Origin: a virus
Reading direction: 5' to 3' (one strand)
Length of the DNA: 50,546 nt
Virus record (IMG/VR): IMGVR_UViG_3300014864_000003
Shown: in pieces, positions 25,063 to 32,378 of the stretch
Numbering within the stretch: position 1 is the stretch's first letter
Layout of the letters: every line of letters starts with the position of its first letter
Notes under the pieces: model-generated
Databases searched by the model: none
What the model was told of the DNA's origin: nothing
Seen by the model: only the letters and a program-made list of their open reading frames with translations
Translations under genes and position numbers: made by a program

Positions 25063-26631
25063 ATGTCCGCGGCTGAGACACCACCGCTGCGAGATTACCA
25101 GGACAAAGGTGTTGACTGGCTGTGCGATGGCCTCACACAGCACCGGTGTGTGCTGCTGGCCGACGAGATGGGCTTGGGCAAAACCCTGCAGGCATTGCGC
25201 GCGGCCGAACAGCGCGGCGCCGAGCGGGTTCTGATCGTCTGTCCGGCCGGCGCCCGGCGGGTCTGGCAGGCCGAGATTAAACGCTGGCTGCCGGGCTGGT
25301 TCTCGCGGGTGGTCCTGGTCGAGCCTGGCTACCGCCTTACCGACGTTAAACTCCGGCTCGACGCCGCGATGATCATCCTGATCGTCGGCTACGACGAGTT
25401 TTCCGACCGCCGGGGCCAACTGGCGCAGCATCTGCGCTCCCAGCGGTTCGACGTAATGATCGTCGACGAGGCGCACTACCTGAAAAATCCCAGCAACCGC
25501 ACGCAAGCAATCTACGGCTCGCGCGGGAGTGGGACCGGGGTCCAGGCCACCGCCAGCAAGGTGATCCTGCTGACCGGCACGCCTACTCCTAATCACGCCG
25601 GCGAACTGTGGCAGCATTACAGGACTTTTTGGCCGGAGGTATTGCAGGGACCGACCGGCCGGGCACTGCTTCAGGCTCAGTTCGAGGATCGGTTCTGCCG
25701 CTTCCGGGACACGCCTTTTGGGCGCCAGGTGACCGGCTCGAAAAACCAAAAGATCCTGCGCGACGCCCTAGGATCGGTAATCCTGCGCCGGCGCAAGAGC
25801 GAGGTCCTAAAAGAACTCCCGCCGCTGGTCCTGCAGGACATCCCGCTGACTGGCCCCACCAACTGGATCAGTCAGCTCAAACCTGAAACCCGGATCGCCG
25901 CGGCCAAGCTCGATCATCTGGCCCAGCACGCCGGCGACGACGAGTTTTTGAAAGCCCTGCGCAACCCCGACACTCCGATCGCCACTGCGCGGCGCGAGCT
26001 GGGCCTGATGAAAGTCCAGCCCACCATCCTCTGGGTCCAGGAGCGCATGGCGTCGGTCGAGAAGCTCTTGCTCTTCGCCTGGCACCACGAGGTGATCCTG
26101 CAGCTGCACCGGGGGCTCATGGAGTTCGGCCCGGTGACGGTTACCGGCAACACCAGCCCGGGCGACCGGGCGGTGAACGTCGAGCACTTTCAGACCCGTG
26201 GCCAGACCAGGATCTTTATTGGCCAGATCCTGGCCGCGGGTACCGCGGTGACCCTGACCGCGGCAGGAGAGGTCGCGATCGTCGAACCTTCCTGGGTCCC
26301 CGGCGAGAACGTCCAGGCGATCGCCAGGGCGCACCGGCTGGGCCAGCGCGACATGGTCCTGGCGAGCTTCCTCTATCTGCCGGGCACGCTCGACCAGCGG
26401 ATCATGCAGGTGTTCCGGCGCAAGGCGGCCGAAATCAGCGAACTCCAAGGAGACGATAATGCAAGCGGAAATGAAGTTCACGTTCGACCTCGGGAGCCCC
26501 GCCGGGCGGGCCGAGTTCCAGCGGCTGTTCGGGCACATGCTGCCCTCGTCCCCGCCTCCACCACCCCCGCAAGACTGGGTCGAGCCGATCCTGCCGTCAC
26601 CGACTTTCGATGCCCCGACAACGAAAGTTAA
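25063..26631 (+). CDS. SNF2/Rad54-family helicase (522 aa as read)
   Basis: Motif I LLADEMGLGKT, motif II MIVDEAHYLKN, motif III LLTGTP, motif VI QAIARAHRLGQ. The last ~57 codons overlap the next gene and look like read-through. Confidence 0.85.
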   Translation: MSAAETPPLRDYQDKGVDWLCDGLTQHRCVLLADEMGLGKTLQALRAAEQRGAERVLIVCPAGARRVWQAEIKRWLPGWFSRVVLVEPGYRLTDVKLRLDAAMIILIVGYDEFSDRRGQLAQHLRSQRFDVMIVDEAHYLKNPSNRTQAIYGSRGSGTGVQATASKVILLTGTPTPNHAGELWQHYRTFWPEVLQGPTGRALLQAQFEDRFCRFRDTPFGRQVTGSKNQKILRDALGSVILRRRKSEVLKELPPLVLQDIPLTGPTNWISQLKPETRIAAAKLDHLAQHAGDDEFLKALRNPDTPIATARRELGLMKVQPTILWVQERMASVEKLLLFAWHHEVILQLHRGLMEFGPVTVTGNTSPGDRAVNVEHFQTRGQTRIFIGQILAAGTAVTLTAAGEVAIVEPSWVPGENVQAIARAHRLGQRDMVLASFLYLPGTLDQRIMQVFRRKAAEISELQGDDNASGNEVHVRPREPRRAGRVPAAVRAHAALVPASTTPARLGRADPAVTDFRCPDNES

Positions 26632-27019
26632 CCCGGTCCCAGACGACCAGGCGCGGGCCGAGGCCGTCAAGGCCGGCCGCCAGGAGGCTGCGGCGAAGGC
26701 CCGCGCCGCCAAGGCCGCCAAGCAACAGCAGCAGGAGACCCCGACGCCGGAAGACCTGACTAGTCCTGTGCCCAACGGCGGTGCCGGGGACCAGGTCGAG
26801 GACATGGGCCTGGATGACCCCAATATGTCGCCGGCCGAGGCCAAGGAAGCGGGTTTGGTCTTGATGCGCGAGTTGTTCGGCGCCGGCAAGGTCGCCGAGA
26901 TGAAGGCGATCCAGAAAAAGTGGGGCGTCGCCAAGTTCTACGACATCCCGGTCGAGCGGGCGCACGAGTTCTACCGCGAGGCCGTGCAGGCGATGCACGA
27001 GACCGGTCTGCGGAAGTAA
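26459..27019 (+). CDS. Hypothetical protein (186 aa), Pro-rich and Ala/Lys-rich centre
   Basis: AAGGAGA SD 6 nt upstream of ATG 26459. No motif recognised. Confidence 0.6.
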   Translation: MQAEMKFTFDLGSPAGRAEFQRLFGHMLPSSPPPPPPQDWVEPILPSPTFDAPTTKVNPVPDDQARAEAVKAGRQEAAAKARAAKAAKQQQQETPTPEDLTSPVPNGGAGDQVEDMGLDDPNMSPAEAKEAGLVLMRELFGAGKVAEMKAIQKKWGVAKFYDIPVERAHEFYREAVQAMHETGLRK

Positions 27020-27025
27020 GGCCCG

Positions 27026-28189
27026 GTGACCGAGCACTCGCTCCTCGGGGCGTCGAGCGCCCATCGCTGGCTCAACTGCCCGGGCTCTTTCAAGCTCAGC
27101 CAGACCGCGCCGCACCGGCCGTCGTCCATCTACGCGGCGACCGGGACCCTGGCGCACGAGATGATCGAAGGCGCGGTGAGGAGCGGCAACGATACGGTCG
27201 TGCTGGACAAGGTCGGGCCGGTTCTGCGTGACGGTCACTTCATCGAGGTCGACCAGGACTTTGTCGCCGGCGTCAACGTCATGCTGGACTATTTCTACGA
27301 CATCAGCGCGTTGGCCGACTGGAACGATGTCGAGTTCCGGGTCGATCTCGCCGACTACTTCCCCGTCTCGCCGGCAGTCCCGGTGTTCGGCACGGTCGAC
27401 GCCGCGGTCCTGGCGGGTCAAACGCTGGAGGTGGTCGACTATAAGAACGGTTCCGGCATCACCGTCAGCGCGGTCGAGAACCCGCAGTTGATGTTCTACG
27501 GCGCTGGCGCCCTGGCGCAGCTGCCGGCGGCAGAGCGCGACCGGGTCACCCACATCCGGCTCACCATCGTGCAGCCGCATGGCCAGGGTGTCTCCCCGAT
27601 CCGGTCCTGGGAAACCTCCGTAGTCGACCTCCTGATGTGGGTGGACGAGGTGCTGGTCCCCGGGGTCGAGGCGTGCGCCCGGGACCAGGCCCCGCTGGTC
27701 CCCGGCACCTGGTGCCGGTTCTGCCCGGTCGTCCACGCCTGCCCTGCGCTGATGGCCGACGCCATCGAGATGGCCAAACGCGAGTTCGACGATTTGCCTC
27801 AGGAACCCGACGAGCTGGCCCGCGCCCTCGACGCCGCCGAGCGCGCCGAGCTGTGGATTACGAGGATGCGGGAGTTCGCCGTCAACCAGCTGGAGCACCA
27901 GGTGCGCATCCCGGGCTGGGGGCTGGTGCCGACGAGACCGACCAGGAAGTGGCTCCGGCCCGACACCGAGATCGCAGGTCTGCTTGGGCAGGAAGGGGTT
28001 ACCCACGACCAGGTCTGGGAAACCCGGGTCCGGTCCCCGGCCCAGATGGAAAAGGCCCTGGTACGCACCCGAGAGGGCCGGCGGATCTGGGGTGAGATCG
28101 CCTCGCTGATCGAGGCCCGATCCTCCGGGGTCAAGCTGGGCCGCAGCGACACGGCAGACCCTCGGGAGGATTTCACCGATGAACTTTGA
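27026..28189 (+). CDS. PD-(D/E)XK nuclease, DUF2800/Cas4-like (387 aa, GTG start)
   Basis: N-terminal LLGASSAHRWLNCPGS (DUF2800-type start), VVDYKNGSG...QLMFYG nuclease core, and C-terminal Cys cluster WCRFCPVVHACP. Confidence 0.7.
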   Translation: MTEHSLLGASSAHRWLNCPGSFKLSQTAPHRPSSIYAATGTLAHEMIEGAVRSGNDTVVLDKVGPVLRDGHFIEVDQDFVAGVNVMLDYFYDISALADWNDVEFRVDLADYFPVSPAVPVFGTVDAAVLAGQTLEVVDYKNGSGITVSAVENPQLMFYGAGALAQLPAAERDRVTHIRLTIVQPHGQGVSPIRSWETSVVDLLMWVDEVLVPGVEACARDQAPLVPGTWCRFCPVVHACPALMADAIEMAKREFDDLPQEPDELARALDAAERAELWITRMREFAVNQLEHQVRIPGWGLVPTRPTRKWLRPDTEIAGLLGQEGVTHDQVWETRVRSPAQMEKALVRTREGRRIWGEIASLIEARSSGVKLGRSDTADPREDFTDEL

Positions 28190-28349
28190 CGATCACCTGG
28201 TGCCCTCGCCGGCCGACATCCAGCAGGCCCGCCAGTATGTCCAGCTCGTCGTCCGAATGCTGGAGCAGTCGCAGTGGCTAGAAGAGCGTCGCGACGACGC
28301 GATCCGAACCCTGAGATACGTCAACTTCTACCTAGGAGATCGCAACTGA
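28179..28349 (+). CDS. Hypothetical small protein (56 aa)
   Basis: Hand translation: MNFDDHLVPSPADIQQARQYVQLVVRMLEQSQWLEERRDDAIRTLRYVNFYLGDRN. GGGAGGA SD 8 nt upstream; its stop overlaps the next start (TGATG). Confidence 0.45.
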   Translation: MNFDDHLVPSPADIQQARQYVQLVVRMLEQSQWLEERRDDAIRTLRYVNFYLGDRN

Positions 28350-28924
28350 TGGCCCCCAGCATCCGCACCCCGATCGGCGTTCTGAGCTTCCCCAATTTGT
28401 TCTCGCCGCGGCCTCGGGCGCCCGGCGGCGAGCCGGTTTACCAGTGCAGCATCTTGTTCGATCAGAACGCCCAGAAGGACCCGGCCTACGAAGCCCTGAA
28501 GCGGGCCGTGCGCGAGGAGATCGACGACAAGTGCGGTGCAGGCAAGAGCCGGGATGCGCAGTTCATGACGGGGGTGCGCTCGCCGTTTCGGCCGACTAGC
28601 GAGAAAGCCTATCAGGGCTATGACATGGTAAACGGGATTTTTATTTCGCCCTGGACTAAGTCGAAACCCGGTTTAGTTGACGCCGTGCGCAACGAAATCC
28701 TCGTTGTTGAAGACATCTGGGCGGGACAACTGGTCCGCGCGACGGTTTCGCCTTTTTGGTACAACACCAGCGGTAATCGCGGTGTGTCGTTCGCGCTAAA
28801 CAATGTTCAAGTTTGTCGTACTGACGGTCCTCGACTTGATGGCCGACGTTCTGCTACTCAAGACTTTGATGATTATACCGGTCCTGGCGCAATGGTATCA
28901 GCCGACGACGAAATCCCGTTCTGA
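28349..28924 (+). CDS. DUF2815-like phage ssDNA-binding protein (191 aa)
   Basis: ORF 28274-28924 trimmed to ATG 28349. IGVLSFPNLFSPR start and acidic C-terminal tail (DDEIPF). It sits next to the DUF2800-like nuclease and polA, as in known DUF2800/DUF2815/PolA modules. Confidence 0.65.
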   Translation: MAPSIRTPIGVLSFPNLFSPRPRAPGGEPVYQCSILFDQNAQKDPAYEALKRAVREEIDDKCGAGKSRDAQFMTGVRSPFRPTSEKAYQGYDMVNGIFISPWTKSKPGLVDAVRNEILVVEDIWAGQLVRATVSPFWYNTSGNRGVSFALNNVQVCRTDGPRLDGRRSATQDFDDYTGPGAMVSADDEIPF

Positions 28925-28989
28925 GGCAAGGTCAGGCTAGGTTTGGCGGGGTTATGCGAGGTATGGCCAGGTGAGGCAAGGTATGGATC
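28925..28989 (+). repeat. Pentanucleotide array 1a: 13 x GGYNN with 10-nt GGCNNGGTNN super-period
   Basis: Manual parsing. It starts on the base after the SSB-like stop codon. GG in 12/13 units; position 3 alternates C,T strictly over 12 units. Confidence 0.9.
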
Positions 28990-29054
28990 GTTTCTGGATA
29001 ATCCTTCTTTCGATCCTGTTTGTACTAACCGCAGGTTTGGAGTTCTAAGTTTGT

Positions 29055-29249
29055 GGCGGGGTTCGGTCGGGCGTGGTCCGGCAGGGTCCGGTGCGGCGCG
29101 GTTTGGTATGGCTGGGTTTGGTCAGGTCCGGCGGGGTCGGATCAGGTCAGCTCTGGTGGGGCTGGGTTCGGTTGGGTCTGCTAAGGCATGGCGGGGCAGG
29201 GCGGGGCTGGGTTAGGTCCGGTTTGGCCGGGCGCGGTACGCTAAGGTAA
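29055..29249 (+). repeat. Pentanucleotide array 1b: 39 x GGYNN, in register with array 1a
   Basis: Manual parsing. GG at positions 1-2 in 35/39 units and C/T at position 3 in 39/39. No indel. Confidence 0.9.
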
Positions 29250-29283
29250 GGAGTTTCAACTTTTCAAGGTACGGAGACACGAC

Positions 29284-29895
29284 ATGAAAAAGACCTATAT
29301 CTGCACTCTTCAAGGCACCACAGCTATCTTGATGCACCGTTTCGGCGATGCCGAGGAAATGGGGGCAAACACCCGCAAGGTTCATGTAAAGGCACAGGAC
29401 CCGCGGGAGACCGCCGAAAAGGGTGCCTACCGCAACGCCGCGGGAGAGTTGTACGTCCCGGGGACTGCTATTGCCCGGATGATCCGGGAAGGCGCCGCGG
29501 CGCACAAACAGCGTGGTTCGCGCAAATCGATGAAATACGTCATTTCGTCGGCCGTGCAGATCCCGGTTGAAGAGATTGTGATCCGGGACAGCGAAGGGGA
29601 CGCGATCACTCATTTCGAGATCGACAGCCGCCCGGTGGTGATCCCCTCGACCAAGGGACGGGTAATGCGTCATCGCGCCCGGGTAAACCCGCCCTACTGG
29701 CTTGAGTTTCCGGTGGTGATCGATGACGAGGTAGTGGACCCGGGCTTGGTCCATCAGATTTTCGGCGAGTGCGGTTTCACCCAGGGGTTGCTCGATTACC
29801 GTCCTGAGAAGGGCGGGCCGTTCGGCGTGTTCGCGGTCGTCTCGTGGGCGGCGCTGGAACAGACAGCAGCTGTGCTTGCTGAAGCTGCAGATTAA
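29284..29895 (+). CDS. Hypothetical 203-aa protein with RAMP/Cas7-like motifs, flanked by the pentamer arrays
   Basis: GGAG SD 8 nt upstream of the ATG. It is a clean ORF with ordinary, non-periodic composition. Motifs: AYRNAAGELYVPGTAIARMIREG and C-terminal EKGGPFGVFAVV. The functional call is inference only. Confidence 0.6.
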   Translation: MKKTYICTLQGTTAILMHRFGDAEEMGANTRKVHVKAQDPRETAEKGAYRNAAGELYVPGTAIARMIREGAAAHKQRGSRKSMKYVISSAVQIPVEEIVIRDSEGDAITHFEIDSRPVVIPSTKGRVMRHRARVNPPYWLEFPVVIDDEVVDPGLVHQIFGECGFTQGLLDYRPEKGGPFGVFAVVSWAALEQTAAVLAEAAD

Positions 29896-29911
29896 AGACG
29901 TTTGATTTTTA

Positions 29912-30236
29912 GGCTGGGTCCGGTACGGCGTGGCGGGGTCTGGTCGGGCGCGGTGCGGTAAGGCAAGGTCTGCTGCGGCAAGGCCGGGTCTGGTCGGGCG
30001 CGGTGGGGTTAGGTGGGGTGGGGTTTGGCTAGGTGCGGCATGGCACGGTGAGGTATGGCGAGGCCCGGTCAGGTTGGGTAGGGCTCGGTGTGGCGGGGTT
30101 TGGTCTGGTTGGGTAGGGCAAGGCTCGGTTCGGTACGGCAGGGCACGCCACGGTAAGGCGGGGTCAGGTTCGGTATGGTTCGGCTGGGTCAGGTCAGGCG
30201 TGGTAGTGCGGGGTTTGGCAGGGCAAGGTGAGGCTC
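29912..30236 (+). repeat. Pentanucleotide array 2: 65 uninterrupted GGYNN units
   Basis: Manual parsing. GG at positions 1-2 in 62/65 units and C/T at position 3 in 65/65. No indel over 325 nt. It runs into the polA GTG start. Confidence 0.92.
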
Positions 30237-32135
30237 GTTCTTGATCTTGAAACAACAAGCACTGCCGATCTTAGAAAGACCGGCAGTCATGCTTATGCAG
30301 AACATCCCGATACCAGGGTCACCGTTTTATGCTTTTCTGTTGACGACCACCCGGTTGAAACCTGGATTTCTGGTCCTCCACCGTCTTCATTTGTTGATGC
30401 AGTGAAATCCGGCGCGGTTGTTATCGCGCACAACTACCTTTTTGAGTGGAACATTTATTATAACAAACTAGTCCCGACGGGCTGGCCGATAATACCGATT
30501 AGCCAGTGGAGCTGCACGATGGCCAGAAGTCTGGTAGCTGGCTACCCGGCGTCCCTGGACCTGGTCGGCCGCGCGCTGAGGTTGTCCCAGCAGAAGGACC
30601 ACTCGTCCCGGGACCTGATGTTGCGGTTCGCTCGGCCCCGAAGCCTGGAACCCCTTGTCTGGTGGGACCAGAGTGATCCTGTGCGGTTTCAGGCTCTAAT
30701 CGACTACTGCAAAAAAGACGTGGCTACCGAGCGCGAACTCGATCGCCGGGTCCCGGAGCTATCCCCCCGCGAGCGGTTGGTGTTCGAGCTGGATCACGCG
30801 ATCAATCAACGAGGGCTGGGGGTCGATCATCACCTGGTCTACGAGCTGGCCGCTCTCGCCGACACTGCCCGAACCCGGCTGACCGGCGAGATCGTGCGGC
30901 TGACAGGTGGCCAGGTGCGCTCTCTCAACCAAGTGGCGCAGCTGAAGGCGTGGCTTGGCCGGCAGGGGGTCGAGACCGCCGATCTGCGCCGGGCGACGGT
31001 GCAGACCCTACTCGCCAACAGAGCCCTCACAGGAGCCCCCAGGACCGCGCTACAGGCACGTCTCGACGCCTCGCGGTCCTCTACCGCCAAGCTGACCGCA
31101 ATCGCGTCTGCGCGCTCCCAGGACGGCCGGGTGAGGGGTACGTTTCAGTATTACGGGGCGAGCCGGACCGGGCGGTGGGCCGGCCGCAGGTTACAGCCTC
31201 AAAATCTCTTCCGCGGCAGTATCCGAGACGTGCCCGGCGCGATCCGGACGATCCGCGCCGGTGCCGCCCCGGAGGATCTGAGCCTGCTGTTCGAGGATGG
31301 CGCGCTCGGGGTGATTGCATCTTGCCTGCGCTCGACGATCACGGCCGGACCGCGGCGCAAGCTGGCGATCGCCGACTTCAGCCAGATCGAGGCGCGCGTC
31401 CTGGCCTGGCTCGCCGGCCAGCAGGACGCACTGCAGGTTTTTCGCCGCGGCGAGGACATCTACGTCGCAACAGCGCGAGCGATTGGCTCCCCGAGCCGGT
31501 CCTTGGGCAAGGTCCTGGTTCTGGCCTGCGGCTTCGGTATGGGTCCGCTCAAGTTTCAGGCCACGGCACTGACCTATGGCGTGACCCTCGACGAGGCCGA
31601 GGCCGAGGCAGCGGTCAGGGCGTGGCGCACGGTCAACCATCACATCGTGACCCTGTGGTGGGAGAGCCACCGCGCTTGCCTGCGGGTTCTTGGCGCCGGC
31701 CCCGGCGCCCAGGAGCAGGTCGGATACGTCACCTTTATCCACCGGCCCGGGGCGCTCCTGGCGCGGCTCCCCTCCGGCCGGAGCCTCGTCTACCGGCACC
31801 CCCGGATTGAAGAGAACGAGCACGGCTACGACGAGATCACCTACATGGGGTCATTGGGCGGCAACTGGACCCGTCTGCGAGCCTGGGCCGGGCGCACGAT
31901 CGAGAACGTGACCCAGGCGGTGGCCCGTGACGTGATGGTCGAAGCGATGCTGCAGCTCCGGGACGTGCCGCTGATCGCGACGATCCACGACGAGCTGATC
32001 GCCGAAGTGCCCGCCGACGAGGCCGACCAGGTCCTCGACCGGATGCTGACGGCAATGCGGGGGACGCCTCTCTGGGCGCCGGGCCTGCCGGTCGACGCTG
32101 CCGGTTTTGTCGTAAAGAGATATACCAAGGGTTGA
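30228..32135 (+). CDS. polA: Family A DNA polymerase with 3'-5' exonuclease domain (635 aa, GTG start)
   Basis: Exo I LVLDLETTS, Exo II AHNYLFEW, Exo III YCKKDV. Pol motif A IADFSQIEARVLAWL, motif B SLGKVLVLACGFGMG, motif C ATIHDELIAEV. Confidence 0.9.
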   Translation: MRLVLDLETTSTADLRKTGSHAYAEHPDTRVTVLCFSVDDHPVETWISGPPPSSFVDAVKSGAVVIAHNYLFEWNIYYNKLVPTGWPIIPISQWSCTMARSLVAGYPASLDLVGRALRLSQQKDHSSRDLMLRFARPRSLEPLVWWDQSDPVRFQALIDYCKKDVATERELDRRVPELSPRERLVFELDHAINQRGLGVDHHLVYELAALADTARTRLTGEIVRLTGGQVRSLNQVAQLKAWLGRQGVETADLRRATVQTLLANRALTGAPRTALQARLDASRSSTAKLTAIASARSQDGRVRGTFQYYGASRTGRWAGRRLQPQNLFRGSIRDVPGAIRTIRAGAAPEDLSLLFEDGALGVIASCLRSTITAGPRRKLAIADFSQIEARVLAWLAGQQDALQVFRRGEDIYVATARAIGSPSRSLGKVLVLACGFGMGPLKFQATALTYGVTLDEAEAEAAVRAWRTVNHHIVTLWWESHRACLRVLGAGPGAQEQVGYVTFIHRPGALLARLPSGRSLVYRHPRIEENEHGYDEITYMGSLGGNWTRLRAWAGRTIENVTQAVARDVMVEAMLQLRDVPLIATIHDELIAEVPADEADQVLDRMLTAMRGTPLWAPGLPVDAAGFVVKRYTKG

Positions 32136-32139
32136 GACG

Positions 32140-32358
32140 ATGACCACCACGCCCGAGCCTGAGGCCATCGCCACAGCCCGCGCTCAAGGCGCGCGAGACA
32201 TGCGCGACGCGATCCTGCGCTGGCACGGCGAGCGGCTGATCTATTACCGAAACTTATCCGGCACAAACGCCTTCGCCGGCGCGGTCATGTTCGCGCACGA
32301 ACGGAGCATCGCCGCGATCAGCGCCTTGAATGTTGATCCGACCGCAGGCGCTCCGTAA
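32140..32358 (+). CDS. Hypothetical protein (72 aa)
   Basis: ATG 5 nt after the polA stop. It is the last gene before a terminator. Confidence 0.5.
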   Translation: MTTTPEPEAIATARAQGARDMRDAILRWHGERLIYYRNLSGTNAFAGAVMFAHERSIAAISALNVDPTAGAP

Positions 32359-32378
32359 ACGAAATCATTTCGTTTTTG
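32357..32378 (+). terminator. AT-rich hairpin plus T-run ending the replication operon
   Basis: aaacgaaat-c-atttcgttt palindrome overlapping the TAA stop, followed by tt. The stem is weak because it is AT-rich. Confidence 0.5.

Noticed and set aside
24955-25749. 264-aa minus-strand ORF overlapping the promoter and the SNF2 5' half
   Set aside because: It is antisense to clear SNF2 helicase motifs and has low-complexity Arg/Pro/Gly composition.
28925-30236. The repeat arrays as a CRISPR array
   Set aside because: The unit length is 5 nt and the units are contiguous. There is no alternation of 25-40-nt repeats with unique spacers, no leader-like organisation, and no cas operon apart from motif-level resemblance of one ORF.
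29212-30258. Track ORFs lying inside the arrays: 29212-30258 (-), 28943-29215 (+), 29930-30244 (+), with pentapeptide-periodic translations (G-x-[AV]-[RWG]-x or P-x-x-[TA]-x)
   Set aside because: The 5-aa periodicity is the arithmetic consequence of a 5-nt DNA repeat read in three phases. All three codon phases carry the same GGY constraint, which protein selection would not produce. The 348-aa minus ORF also runs antisense through a well-supported gene. Translation cannot be excluded without data.
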